Origin: Clostridia bacterium
Lineage (GTDB): Bacteria > Bacillota > Clostridia > CAKSNL01 > HGM11501
Assembly: GCA_017390225.1 (NCBI GenBank)
Contig: JAFPCL010000007.1
Coordinates: 1-47,844 of the forward strand
DNA: 47,844 nt
Direction of reading: 5' to 3'
The notes below the pieces were generated by a model. The model saw only the letters and a program-made list of their open reading frames with translations. It searched no databases and had not been told where the DNA came from. A program made the translations under genes and the position numbers. Below, in pieces: positions 16,957 through 26,891 of the stretch (position 1 is its first letter; each line of letters begins with the position of its first letter).

Positions 16957-18057
16957 ATGAAAAAAGTATTGTTTTTGGTGCCCACTTTATCTGCCGGAGG
17001 TGCAGAAAAAGTGCTTTGTAATCTTGTCAATCATATGGATTTTAATCGTTTTGACGTAACCGTGCAAACGATTGTGGATACGGGTGTTTTCAAAAAGTCA
17101 CTACGCCCGGAAATTCATTACAAGACAATTGCCAAATCGAATGCAATGGCATATCTTGTTCAATTTGTGTTGTCGCCTGCCGTGGTATACAAGCTATTTA
17201 TCAAGAAAAGAAAAGCTTATGATGCGGAGGTTGCTTTTTTAGAAGGCTCTGCCGCTAAAATTCTGTCCGGCTCAAGTAATCGCCGAGCGAAGAAGTTTGC
17301 ATGGATTCACACGGATCTGCGCACGTTAGACGAGAATACAAAAGTATTTCCCACAGAGAAAAAAGCAAAAGATTGCTACGAGAAATTTGACAAGATCATA
17401 TGTGTATCCCGTGGCGTGCGTGATGGTTTTTGTGCCAAATATGATTTGGCAGACAGAGCCGAAGTGCGATACAATGCGTTTGACGATGTTGCCATTCGGG
17501 AAAAAGCAGAGGCTTTTTCAGATGTGCCGCAAGGCATGGGATTGCGTATGGTTGCGGCGGGACGATTGGTTCCTTTAAAGGGGTATGATCGGCTGCTTCG
17601 CGTGATGGCGAGACTCAAAGAAAACGGAACGGATTGCTCATTGACGCTGGTAGGTGACGGTCCGGAAGCAGACAATTTGAAAAAATTGGCTTTAGAGCTT
17701 GAACTTGAAGATCGCGTATGTTTTGTCGGATTTCAAGAAAATCCATACCCATATATTAAAAATGCACAGCTTTGCGTGTGCTCTTCAATCGTCGAAGGAT
17801 TCAGTACCGTGGCGACGGAAGCTTTGCTTCTGGGCGTGCCTGTTGTGGCAACGGATTGCGCCGGCATGCGGGATCTTTTGGGAGACAATGAATTTGGCAT
17901 GATTACGGAAAACAGTGAAGACGGTTTATATCGAGGTATTCGTGCCTTTTGTCGCAACCGCGCACTGATGGATCAGTATCGGGGGAAAACTTCGAAGAGA
18001 GCAGAAAGCTTTCGCCTGAAAAGCTGTGTGGAACAAATACAGATAATGTTTGAATAA
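16957..18057 (+). CDS. Glycosyltransferase, GT4-like (GT-B fold)
   Basis: 'LFLVPTLSAGGAEKV' N-terminus and C-terminal 'S..EGFS.V..EAL..G.PVVATDC.G..D' (E-X7-E-like region). Confidence 0.85.
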   Translation: MKKVLFLVPTLSAGGAEKVLCNLVNHMDFNRFDVTVQTIVDTGVFKKSLRPEIHYKTIAKSNAMAYLVQFVLSPAVVYKLFIKKRKAYDAEVAFLEGSAAKILSGSSNRRAKKFAWIHTDLRTLDENTKVFPTEKKAKDCYEKFDKIICVSRGVRDGFCAKYDLADRAEVRYNAFDDVAIREKAEAFSDVPQGMGLRMVAAGRLVPLKGYDRLLRVMARLKENGTDCSLTLVGDGPEADNLKKLALELELEDRVCFVGFQENPYPYIKNAQLCVCSSIVEGFSTVATEALLLGVPVVATDCAGMRDLLGDNEFGMITENSEDGLYRGIRAFCRNRALMDQYRGKTSKRAESFRLKSCVEQIQIMFE

Positions 18058-18086
18058 AGCATTTTAAGAAAGGTGTTGTTGAAAAA

Positions 18087-19055
18087 ATGGAGAAAAAACC
18101 ATGGTTGGTGGATGTGCCTGTCGCAGTTATTTTCTTTGCTCGACCTGAAACCTTGGTGCACACCTTTAATCGGATTAAGGAAGCACGTCCTTCCCGTTTG
18201 TATCTGATTCAAGACGGTCCCCGCGCAAATCGTCCTGATGATCCGGAAAATATTCAAAAATGTCGGGATATTGTGGCGGATGTGGACTGGGATTGTGATG
18301 TAAAAACCAATTATTCCGAAGTGAACTTGTCCTGCGGAACACGTCCGTTTACCGGAATCTCGTGGGCAATGGAGCAGGAGGACAGACTTATCATCATTGA
18401 AGATGATGCTGTGCCGGATGTGACTTTTTTTGCTTACTGCGCAGAGCTTTTGGAGCATTATAAAGATGATCAGCGTGTTGCCATGATTACGGCAGCCAAT
18501 CTTCTGGGAGAGTGGATGTCTCCCAAAGGATCGTACTTTTTCGGAAAATCCGGACAGATTTCTTGTTGGGCAACCTGGCGCAGATGCTGGGAAAAAATCG
18601 ACAGTGAACTGGAATTTGTCGACGATGAAGAAGCCATGCGCCTCTTGGCATGCACCATGGATCCGCATACATACAAAAGAGATTTCAAGGGAATACGAAA
18701 ATACAGAGAACAGATCAAAAGTGGTGCAAAGCTGACCTACTGGTCAACCAAATGGAACTACATGAAGCATCTGCAACACGGACTGGTCATTATTCCGAAA
18801 CGCAATATGGTGGAAAATATCGGCACGACCGCCAACAGCACCTTCAGTACGAAAAATCCCAAATGGGTGCCGCATTGTCAAAGAAATATCTTTTTTGCCA
18901 AAACACATCCGGTGGAATTTCCGCTGGAGCATCCGAAATATATGATTCATGACAGAGAGTTTGATGCAAAGGTCAATCGCTTGGTCATGCCCGGCTTTTG
19001 GCTTCGTCAATGGATGCGTATTGAAGGCCGAATCCGCAGACTGATTTTCCGTTAA
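18087..19055 (+). CDS. Putative GT-A-fold glycosyltransferase (GNT-I/HlpA-like), weak assignment
   Basis: 'VAVIFFARPETLVHTFNRI' and 'LIIIEDDAVPD' (DxD-like) resemble GT-A enzymes. It sits between two clear GT genes. Confidence 0.45.
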   Translation: MEKKPWLVDVPVAVIFFARPETLVHTFNRIKEARPSRLYLIQDGPRANRPDDPENIQKCRDIVADVDWDCDVKTNYSEVNLSCGTRPFTGISWAMEQEDRLIIIEDDAVPDVTFFAYCAELLEHYKDDQRVAMITAANLLGEWMSPKGSYFFGKSGQISCWATWRRCWEKIDSELEFVDDEEAMRLLACTMDPHTYKRDFKGIRKYREQIKSGAKLTYWSTKWNYMKHLQHGLVIIPKRNMVENIGTTANSTFSTKNPKWVPHCQRNIFFAKTHPVEFPLEHPKYMIHDREFDAKVNRLVMPGFWLRQWMRIEGRIRRLIFR

Positions 19056-19067
19056 AGGAGAAGAGAT

Positions 19068-20063
19068 ATGAACTATTCGATTGTTATTCGTACCCTTGGA
19101 ACAACGGGGGAAAAATACGGAAAGCTTTTGGAATCCATTAAAGCGCTTAACATACAGCCTCAAGAGATTATAGTGGTTTTGCCGCACGGCTATGCACTTC
19201 CGCCCGAGCAATTGGGCACGGAACGTTTTGTATATTCTGAGAAGGGTATGATATGGCAAAGAGCTGTCGGAATTCGGGAAGCTATGGGTGACTATCTTCT
19301 GGTTGTGGATGACGATGTATATCTGCCACCGGATTTGCCGGAGAGACTTTATGCACCGATTCAGAATGAGGGAGCAGATGTAACTTTTCCTATTGATCTT
19401 GACTTTTTGCCTCCTGATAAGTTATCGATGTTGATGGGTATGATCAACTTAAATTCCATGCCGATGCTTTGGAACAAGAAAAATTGGTATGTGCGGATTT
19501 TAAAAAATGGCGGTTGGACATACAATCGTGTGTCCAAAGGTGCGGAAAAATCCTACTTATCTCATTCATTTCCGGGAACATGTCATTTCGGAAAAAGAGA
19601 AGCCCTTCAATTTGTGGACCTGGAAAAAGAGTTTTGGTGCGAAAAATGCGTATATGCTTTATATGAAGATCAGGTTTTGGCGTATAAATTGTTTTTAAAT
19701 CATTATGTGATTCGCGGTGTTCCGCACACCGGCTTTATTCATCTGAATGCAGGCGGTAACAATCCGGACCGACCGTTTAATGCCGCTTATGCGCTAATCA
19801 AAAACAGAATTATTTTTTGGCATAGATTCATTTATTTGCCGAGCAAAAATATATGGCAAAGATTTTGTGCTAAGGTCAGCTTCAGAACATGGCTTTTGGT
19901 CGGTGATGTAATCCATTGGATTACGGGAACTTTTTTCAAGAACCGTGTGATGGGAAGTCCGCGTTTACTTGCGGCGCGGCGTGACGGAAAAAAAGACGGA
20001 TTTGCATATTTGAAAACGGAGGAATACAAGAATTTACCTCCGGTTATAAAAAGAGAGGAGTAA
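19068..20063 (+). CDS. Glycosyltransferase family 2-like
   Basis: 'YSIVIRTLG' N-terminus and 'LLVVDDDVYLP' DxD region. Confidence 0.75.
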   Translation: MNYSIVIRTLGTTGEKYGKLLESIKALNIQPQEIIVVLPHGYALPPEQLGTERFVYSEKGMIWQRAVGIREAMGDYLLVVDDDVYLPPDLPERLYAPIQNEGADVTFPIDLDFLPPDKLSMLMGMINLNSMPMLWNKKNWYVRILKNGGWTYNRVSKGAEKSYLSHSFPGTCHFGKREALQFVDLEKEFWCEKCVYALYEDQVLAYKLFLNHYVIRGVPHTGFIHLNAGGNNPDRPFNAAYALIKNRIIFWHRFIYLPSKNIWQRFCAKVSFRTWLLVGDVIHWITGTFFKNRVMGSPRLLAARRDGKKDGFAYLKTEEYKNLPPVIKREE

Positions 20064-20066
20064 ACC

Positions 20067-21425
20067 ATGGGTAGATTATTCGGAACAGACGGCGTGCGCG
20101 GTGTTGCCAACACAGAGCTTACTTGTCAGTTGGCTTTCAAACTGGGGCAAGCAGGTGCATATGTTCTGGCAAAAAACAAAGGCGGAAAGCCGAAAATTCT
20201 TGTTGGGCAAGACACGCGTATATCCGGCGATATGTTGGAAGCGGCTTTGGTGGCAGGCATTTGTTCTACCGGTGCAACGGCGATTCGATTGGGCGTTGTT
20301 CCCACACCGGCAGTTGCATATCTGACAAGGGAAAGCAAGGCAGATGCAGGCGCTGTGATTTCCGCTTCACACAATACCTTTGAATTTAACGGTATCAAGT
20401 TTTTTAACAGTCAAGGGTATAAATTGAATGATGAGATTGAAGAACAAATCGAAGAAATCATCTTGGATAGAAAAGATGAGCTTGAAGTGCCTGAAGGTGC
20501 CGGTGTCGGCGTTTCGGAGATTATGCTTCGTGCGGTGGAAAAATACGTGACCTTTGCTTGTTCCACGGTGGAAGGATGCTTTGATGGATTCCGTGTGGCA
20601 CTGGACTGCGCCAACGGAGCATCCTATGAAACAGCGGCAATGGCATTTCGTCAGTTGGGTGCCGACGTACACGTCATCCACAATCAACCCGATGGCGTGA
20701 ATATCAACGAAGATTGCGGTTCTACTCATATGGAAAGCCTGATGGAATTCGTCAAAGAACACAATTGCCATATTGGCTTTGCCTTTGACGGGGACGCCGA
20801 TCGTATGCTGGCAGTTGACCACACGGGAGCCATGGTTGACGGCGACGTCATCATGGGTATTTGTGCATTGGAAATGAAGCGTCGGGGCACACTGAAGAAT
20901 AATACCTTGGTTGCAACGGTTATGAGCAATCTCGGTTTGTTCTCCATGGGAAACAAAAATGGCATCCATGTGGAAAAAACCAAGGTTGGCGACCGCTATG
21001 TGTTGGAAAATATGCTGGAAGGCGGTCACGTTATCGGCGGCGAACAGTCGGGACACGTCATTTTCCTGGAGCACAACACCACGGGCGATGGTTTGATTTC
21101 CGCACTGCAGCTGATGCAGGTCGTGAGAGATTCTGAAAAGCCCTTGGCAGAGCTGAAAACCCAGATTCAAATTTTCCCGCAAGCACTCGTCAATGCAAAG
21201 GTAAAAAATGAATTCAAGAGGAAATATAAAGAAGATGCGGAAATTATGGCAGAAATTGCCCGTTTAGAAGAAAAATACGGGGAAGAAGGGCGTGTTCTGA
21301 TTCGTCCTTCCGGCACAGAACCGAAGATCCGTGTTATGATTGAAGGGCAAAATCAGGCGGAAATCGAGGCAGATGCACAAAGCCTTGCATCTTTGATTGA
21401 AAAAAGAGCAGAAAATTCAATATAA
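20067..21425 (+). CDS. glmM: Phosphoglucosamine mutase
   Basis: '[10 protein letters not shown]', active-site 'ISASHN', 'FDGDADR', 'GGEQSGH'. It starts 3 nt after the GT2 stop. Confidence 0.95.
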   Translation: MGRLFGTDGVRGVANTELTCQLAFKLGQAGAYVLAKNKGGKPKILVGQDTRISGDMLEAALVAGICSTGATAIRLGVVPTPAVAYLTRESKADAGAVISASHNTFEFNGIKFFNSQGYKLNDEIEEQIEEIILDRKDELEVPEGAGVGVSEIMLRAVEKYVTFACSTVEGCFDGFRVALDCANGASYETAAMAFRQLGADVHVIHNQPDGVNINEDCGSTHMESLMEFVKEHNCHIGFAFDGDADRMLAVDHTGAMVDGDVIMGICALEMKRRGTLKNNTLVATVMSNLGLFSMGNKNGIHVEKTKVGDRYVLENMLEGGHVIGGEQSGHVIFLEHNTTGDGLISALQLMQVVRDSEKPLAELKTQIQIFPQALVNAKVKNEFKRKYKEDAEIMAEIARLEEKYGEEGRVLIRPSGTEPKIRVMIEGQNQAEIEADAQSLASLIEKRAENSI

Positions 21426-21490
21426 ATAGCTTGCATTTTGCAAAGTTATCGTATATAATATTCCATATAATTTTTGAAAGGATGAATTTT

Positions 21491-22675
21491 ATGTTAAACA
21501 AAAAGTCTGTAAGAGACATCAATGCAGAAGGCAAAAAAGTTCTGGTCCGTTGCGATTTTAATGTTCCCCTGCAGGATGGCGTGATTACCGATGATGCTCG
21601 TATTGTCGGTGCACTGCCCACCATCAAGCTCCTTCTGGAACAAGGCGCAAAGGTTATCCTTTGCTCTCACTTGGGTCGTCCTAAGGGTCAGTTCGTTCCC
21701 GAATACAGCTTGAAGCCCGTGGCAAAGCGTTTGTCCGAGCTTTTGGGTCTTGAAGTTAAAATGGCAGAAGATGTTGTCGGCGAAAGCGCAAAGGCACTTA
21801 CGGCCGATATGAAGAACGGCGAAGTTGTTCTTCTGGAAAACGTTCGTTATCATGCAGAAGAAACCAAGAATGTTCCCGAGTTCTCCAAGCAGCTGGCTGA
21901 CCTGGCAGAAATTTATGTCAACGATGCTTTCGGTGCTGCTCACCGTGCACATTCTTCCACTGCCGGCGTTGCAGATTATCTGCCTGCCGTTTGCGGTCTT
22001 CTGATTGAAAAAGAAATCACCATCATCGGTGGCGCTCTGGCAAATCCCGAACGTCCCTTTGTTGCTATCCTTGGCGGCGCTAAAGTTTCCGATAAAATCG
22101 GCGTTATCGAAAACCTTCTGGAAAAGGTTGACGCTCTTCTGATCGGTGGCGGCATGGCATACACCTTCATGAAAGCTTTGGGCGGCAATATCGGTACTTC
22201 TCTTTTGGAAGAGGATAAGATTGAGCTTGCAAAGAATCTGGTTAAAAAGGCAGAAGAAAAGGGCGTAAAGCTTGTTCTTCCCAAGTCTTCCGTTGCAGCA
22301 GATAAGTATGCAGCCGATGCCAACACCCAGATTGTTTCTTCTATGGATATTCCCGAAGGCTGGATGGGTCTGGATTTAGGACCCTCTTGTGCAGAAGAAT
22401 ACGGCGCAATCATCCGCGAAGCCAAGACCGTTATCTGGAACGGTCCCATGGGTGTTTGCGAATTTGATGCTTTTGCCAACGGCACCATTACTCTTGCGAA
22501 GGCAATGAGCGAATGTGACGGCACCACCATCATTGGCGGTGGCGACAGTGCAGCAGCAGCCAAGAAGCTTGGCTTTGCAGAAAAGATGACCCATATTTCC
22601 ACCGGCGGCGGTGCTTCCCTGGAATTCCTGGAAGGCAAAGTTCTGCCCGGTATTGCCTGCTTGCAGGATAAATAA
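21491..22675 (+). CDS. pgk: Phosphoglycerate kinase
   Basis: Start at [10 protein letters not shown]. 'RCDFNVP', 'SHLGRPKG', 'GGGDSAAA' are present. The track N-terminal extension from 21431 is rejected. Confidence 0.95.
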   Translation: MLNKKSVRDINAEGKKVLVRCDFNVPLQDGVITDDARIVGALPTIKLLLEQGAKVILCSHLGRPKGQFVPEYSLKPVAKRLSELLGLEVKMAEDVVGESAKALTADMKNGEVVLLENVRYHAEETKNVPEFSKQLADLAEIYVNDAFGAAHRAHSSTAGVADYLPAVCGLLIEKEITIIGGALANPERPFVAILGGAKVSDKIGVIENLLEKVDALLIGGGMAYTFMKALGGNIGTSLLEEDKIELAKNLVKKAEEKGVKLVLPKSSVAADKYAADANTQIVSSMDIPEGWMGLDLGPSCAEEYGAIIREAKTVIWNGPMGVCEFDAFANGTITLAKAMSECDGTTIIGGGDSAAAAKKLGFAEKMTHISTGGGASLEFLEGKVLPGIACLQDK

Positions 22676-22693
22676 GACAAGGAGGAACCGAAA

Positions 22694-23443
22694 ATGGCAA
22701 GAACAAGATTGGTTGCCGGCAACTGGAAAATGAACAAAACGGCAGCAGAAGCCAAGGCTTTTTTTGAAGCCTTTAATGCTATGCCGCAGACAGCCGGAAG
22801 CGAAGTCGTTTTTTGCGTTCCCTTTACCTCTTTGGAAACCTCCGTTGCTATGACGGAAGGCACAAAGATTGGTATTGGCGCACAGAACATTCATTTTGAA
22901 AACAGCGGTGCATTCACCGGTGAAGTTTCGGCAGAAATGCTCAAAGCAACCGGTGCACAGTGGGTTGTGCTGGGTCACAGCGAACGCCGTGAATATTTTG
23001 CAGAAACCGACGACACTGTTAATAAAAAGATTAAAAAAGCATTGGAATACGGCATCACCCCCATTGTTTGCTGCGGTGAAAGCCTGTATCAGCGTGAAAA
23101 TGGTATCACTTTCGCATGGATTGCATCTCAGCTTCGTCTGGGCTATGTAGGAATCTCTGCAGAAGATGCTAAGAAAACCGTCATTGCATATGAACCCATC
23201 TGGGCCATTGGCACCGGCAAAGTAGCAACGGACGATCAGGCACAGGAAGTTTGCGCCTTTATTCGTGCAGAGCTTGCCGCTATGTATGATGAAGAAACCG
23301 CACAGTCCATCCGTATTCTCTACGGTGGCAGTGTTTCTCCCGATTCTGCCGCAGGTCTGTTCTCTATGCCGGATATCGACGGCGGTCTGGTCGGTGGCGC
23401 AAGCCTTGTAGCCGAAAAATTTATTAAAATTGTCAACGCTTAA
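22694..23443 (+). CDS. tpiA: Triose-phosphate isomerase
   Basis: 'VAGNWKMN', 'VLGHSERR', 'IAYEPIWAIGTG', 'ILYGGSV'. Confidence 0.95.
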   Translation: MARTRLVAGNWKMNKTAAEAKAFFEAFNAMPQTAGSEVVFCVPFTSLETSVAMTEGTKIGIGAQNIHFENSGAFTGEVSAEMLKATGAQWVVLGHSERREYFAETDDTVNKKIKKALEYGITPIVCCGESLYQRENGITFAWIASQLRLGYVGISAEDAKKTVIAYEPIWAIGTGKVATDDQAQEVCAFIRAELAAMYDEETAQSIRILYGGSVSPDSAAGLFSMPDIDGGLVGGASLVAEKFIKIVNA

Positions 23444-23514
23444 TTCATAAAAAACATGAGAAAAGACTGCCTTTTGGCAGAAAAAACAAGAGGCAGTCTT
23501 CCATCAAAATATGA

Positions 23515-23545
23515 AAACCGACGGTTTCGGACAATCCGTCGGTTT
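23515..23545 (+). terminator. Hairpin after tpiA (possible terminator or leader element)
   Basis: AAACCGACGG / CCGTCGGTTT form a 10-bp stem with an 11-nt loop. Only a short T-tract follows. Confidence 0.35.
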
Positions 23546-23593
23546 ACGCCTTTACATTAAAAAATATACGGTTTCGGAAAAGGGGGAGGATAC

Positions 23594-24637
23594 ATGTCCC
23601 AAGCTATCATCGAACTTAAGAATGTGTCCAAGAAGTTTGATGGCGACGATGTTTTAAACAACATCAGCTTTACAATTAACAGACACGAATTTGTTACCCT
23701 TTTGGGCCCTTCCGGTTGCGGTAAGACCACAACCTTGCGTATCATCGGCGGTTTTGAAACACCGTCGGAGGGAGAGGTTTTGTTTGAAGGAAAAGACCTT
23801 CTGGCATTGCCGTCCCACAAACGAAGCATCAACACGGTATTCCAGAAATATGCATTGTTTCCGCATATGAATGTTTATGACAATATTGCATTCGGACTGA
23901 AAGTCAAGAAAACGGAAAAGAGTGTCATTCGCGGAAAAGTGGAAGAAGCTTTGAAGCTTGTGAATCTTTCGGGGTATGAACGGCGCAATGTGGAAGCCTT
24001 GTCCGGTGGCCAGCAACAGCGTGTTGCCATTGCCCGCGCGATTGTTAATGAACCCAAGGTTCTTCTTTTGGATGAACCGCTGGGAGCATTGGACTTAAAG
24101 CTTCGCAAAGAAATGCAAATCGAGCTGAAGCGTATGCAACAGCGACTGGGGATTACGTTTATTTATGTCACCCATGATCAGGAAGAAGCCCTGACCATGA
24201 GCGACCGCATTGTGGTTATGAATAAAGGGCAGATTCAGCAAATCGGATCTCCCGAAGATATTTATAACGAGCCGCAAAATGCATTTGTTGCCGGCTTTAT
24301 TGGCGACAGCAATATTTTAGACGGCGTTATGTTAGACGATTTTCGTGTCGTGTTTTTGGGGCATGAATTCGAGTGTGTAGACAAAGGCTTTGGAAAAAAT
24401 GAGATCGTGGATGTGGTGCTTCGTCCCGAAGACGTTAAGCTCAAGCCGCAGAACGAGGGCATGATTCAAGGTCTGGTTAAGTCTGCCATTTTTAAAGGCG
24501 TTCATTATGAAATGGTTGTAGAAACCGAAGGAACATCGCTGATTGTACATTCTACGCATTTGCGCGAACCGGGCACGCCCGTCGGCATCAGCGTGGTTCC
24601 CTTTGACATACAAATTATGAAGAAGGTGGCACCATGA
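23594..24637 (+). CDS. potA: Spermidine/putrescine ABC transporter ATP-binding protein
   Basis: Walker A 'GPSGCGKTT', signature '[14 protein letters not shown]', Walker B 'LLLDEP', and a C-terminal TOBE-like tail. GGGGGAGG SD. Confidence 0.9.
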   Translation: MSQAIIELKNVSKKFDGDDVLNNISFTINRHEFVTLLGPSGCGKTTTLRIIGGFETPSEGEVLFEGKDLLALPSHKRSINTVFQKYALFPHMNVYDNIAFGLKVKKTEKSVIRGKVEEALKLVNLSGYERRNVEALSGGQQQRVAIARAIVNEPKVLLLDEPLGALDLKLRKEMQIELKRMQQRLGITFIYVTHDQEEALTMSDRIVVMNKGQIQQIGSPEDIYNEPQNAFVAGFIGDSNILDGVMLDDFRVVFLGHEFECVDKGFGKNEIVDVVLRPEDVKLKPQNEGMIQGLVKSAIFKGVHYEMVVETEGTSLIVHSTHLREPGTPVGISVVPFDIQIMKKVAP

Positions 24638-25467
24638 GCAAGCGGCTTGCCTATCCCTATATAGGCTGGGCGGTATTGTTTACGGTGCTGCCCCTTATTA
24701 TGATTTTCCTGTTTGCTTTTTATAATAAAAGCACGGGAGAATTTACGTTGGAAAATATTGAAAGACTGCAGGATCCCGTGGTTTTAAAGCAGGTATGGAA
24801 TTCTTTTATCATTGCATTGAAGCTGAGTGTGATTACAACGGTTTTGTGCCTTTTAATCGCATATCCGTTGGCAATGATACTTGCAAGTAAAGATTATGTG
24901 GCAAAAGGATTTCTTGTCACGGTCTTCGTGCTTCCCATGTGGATGAATTTCCTGGTTCGAACCTATGCTTTGATGAGCCTTTTGGAAACCAACGGTCTGG
25001 TCAATAATTTTTTGTCTCTGTTTGGCATGGAGAAAATTGTTTTTTTGGGTGGTGAAGGAGCGATTACCTTGGGGATGGTGTATAACTATTTGCCCTTTAT
25101 GCTTCTTCCTATTCATTCTGTTTTACAAAAAATCGATAAAAAATACATGGAAGCGGCACAGGATTTAGGATGCAACACATGGCAGGTGTTTCGCCGTGTC
25201 ACATTTCCCTTGAGCCTCAGTGGCGTGATTTCCGGCATCACCATGGTGTTCGTTCCGTCCATCACGACCTTTGCTATTTCCGAAATTTTGGGTCAGTCCA
25301 ATATCCTTTTGATTGGGGACCTTATCAACTACTATTTTGTCGGCGAAGGAAATGACTGGGGTCTGGGCGCACTGCTCAGCGCCATACTGATGGTCATTAT
25401 TCTTTTGACGACCATGGTTCCCGGCGGTGGAGAGGAAAGCTCCGAGAAACGAGGTGTGATTGGATGA
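24634..25467 (+). CDS. potB: Polyamine ABC transporter permease
   Basis: Multi-TM protein with the 'EAAQDLG...W..F..V..P' EAA loop. Overlaps potA by 4 nt. Confidence 0.85.
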   Translation: MSKRLAYPYIGWAVLFTVLPLIMIFLFAFYNKSTGEFTLENIERLQDPVVLKQVWNSFIIALKLSVITTVLCLLIAYPLAMILASKDYVAKGFLVTVFVLPMWMNFLVRTYALMSLLETNGLVNNFLSLFGMEKIVFLGGEGAITLGMVYNYLPFMLLPIHSVLQKIDKKYMEAAQDLGCNTWQVFRRVTFPLSLSGVISGITMVFVPSITTFAISEILGQSNILLIGDLINYYFVGEGNDWGLGALLSAILMVIILLTTMVPGGGEESSEKRGVIG

Positions 25468-26246
25468 AGGCACTGAAAAAACTGTATATCGGATTGATTC
25501 TGTTTTTCCTGTATGCACCAATCGTCACACTGGTGTTCTACTCTTTCAATGCCGGCAGAAACCGCTCGAAATTTACGGGCTTCAGCTTTATCCATTACGC
25601 CGAGCTCTTTGAAAAAAGAGAGGTTATGGATGCACTTTATAATACCATGATTATTGCTGTTGTATCCGCATTGGTGGCAACCCTTGCAGGAACGGTGACG
25701 GCAATTGGTATGCATGCCATGCGAAAAAGAGGAAGAGGATTTATGATGGGGCTTATTAATATTCCCATTATGAATCCGGATATTGTCACCGGTATCTCCC
25801 TGATGCTTCTGTTTCAGGCGATTCGGATTATTCCTTCCGGCATGGCAACACTTCTTCTGGCACATATCGCATTTAATATTCCCTATGTGATTACAACGGT
25901 TTTGCCGAAATTGAAGCAAATGAATCCGCATCTTTATGAAGCGGCTTTGGATTTGGGAGCATCGCCTGCCTATGCTTTCTGGCATGTGGTCATCCCGGAG
26001 CTTTTGCCGGGGATTACGTCCGGCTTCCTTTTGGCACTGACGTTATCTATTGATGACTTTGCCGTCAGCTTTTTCACCAAAGGCAACGGCATAGAAACAC
26101 TGTCAACCTTGATTTATGCATCGACCAAGCAAGGTGTTAAATTGCATATCAATGCACTGTCTGCTTTGATGTTCGTTACCATTTTAGGGCTTTTGTTGAT
26201 TGTCAATATTTTAACACGCCCCAAAAAACACGCAGACAAAAACTAA
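25464..26246 (+). CDS. potC: Polyamine ABC transporter permease
   Basis: Multi-TM protein with the 'EAALDLGASP...F..V..P' EAA loop. Overlaps potB by 4 nt. Confidence 0.85.
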   Translation: MKALKKLYIGLILFFLYAPIVTLVFYSFNAGRNRSKFTGFSFIHYAELFEKREVMDALYNTMIIAVVSALVATLAGTVTAIGMHAMRKRGRGFMMGLINIPIMNPDIVTGISLMLLFQAIRIIPSGMATLLLAHIAFNIPYVITTVLPKLKQMNPHLYEAALDLGASPAYAFWHVVIPELLPGITSGFLLALTLSIDDFAVSFFTKGNGIETLSTLIYASTKQGVKLHINALSALMFVTILGLLLIVNILTRPKKHADKN

Positions 26247-26283
26247 ACATATAGGGAAAGAAAACAATTTGGAGGATAAAATT

Positions 26284-26877
26284 ATGGCAAAAAAACAAGC
26301 AGCAAAGGAATTTAAGCTCACTGCCACAGCTAAAGAAAGACTGGATAATTTTATGGTCTATTCAACCATCGGTGTTTTTGCATTGGCATTATTTTTGGTT
26401 GTGCTTAAAAATTTGAGCAATAATTTTCAATATATTCTTGTTGTGCAAGGTGCACAGCAGGGCATCATGTGGTTGTCTATACTTGGCGCCGCAGGCTTTG
26501 CCGTGTATTCTTTTGTGAAAAGGAAATTGAAATTGGCGGGTATTCTCGGTTGCTTGTCTATTGCCGTTATTATGTTCGGCATATATCATGTGGACGGTAC
26601 ATTGATTCGAATCAACGGCTATGGCATTGCCTATATTGCCATGGGGCTGTATCTGGCTTTTGTCTATGTATACTGCTGGTTGAAGGAATCGGGTCGTTTT
26701 TGTAAAAATAAAGTTCGTAAAGGCTACACGGCAGTGTCCGTCGTTGCGGCACTGGCTGTTGTTATTGCTATTGTGATTGGCTACAGCGCACAGCTTGCGG
26801 CGATTCGTTCTTATCGGGAAGGATACACAGGTGGCCCTTTGACGGCAGCCGTTTCTTCTGAATCCGACGCACAGTAA
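26284..26877 (+). CDS. Hypothetical polytopic membrane protein (not a PotD-like binding protein)
   Basis: ATG 26284 lies 8 nt after GGAGG. Several hydrophobic segments are present (for example 'VYSTIGVFALALFLVVL', 'IMWLSILGAAGFAVYSF', 'AVSVVAALAVVIAIVIGY'). Confidence 0.55.
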   Translation: MAKKQAAKEFKLTATAKERLDNFMVYSTIGVFALALFLVVLKNLSNNFQYILVVQGAQQGIMWLSILGAAGFAVYSFVKRKLKLAGILGCLSIAVIMFGIYHVDGTLIRINGYGIAYIAMGLYLAFVYVYCWLKESGRFCKNKVRKGYTAVSVVAALAVVIAIVIGYSAQLAAIRSYREGYTGGPLTAAVSSESDAQ

Positions 26878-26891
26878 AAAGGGGAAAGAAT

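Noticed and set aside
23456-23560. 34-codon ORF (MRKDCLLAEKTRGSLPSKYENRRFRTIRRFTPLH) in the tpiA-potA spacer as a candidate small peptide
   Set aside because: There is no SD upstream of its ATG. The sequence is fully accounted for by the hairpin arms, and its basic, low-complexity composition is typical of translated RNA structure.
26284-26877. Possible divergent PotD binding protein after potC
   Set aside because: The product is short (197 aa) and dominated by hydrophobic helices. It has no signal-peptide or lipobox plus soluble-domain architecture.
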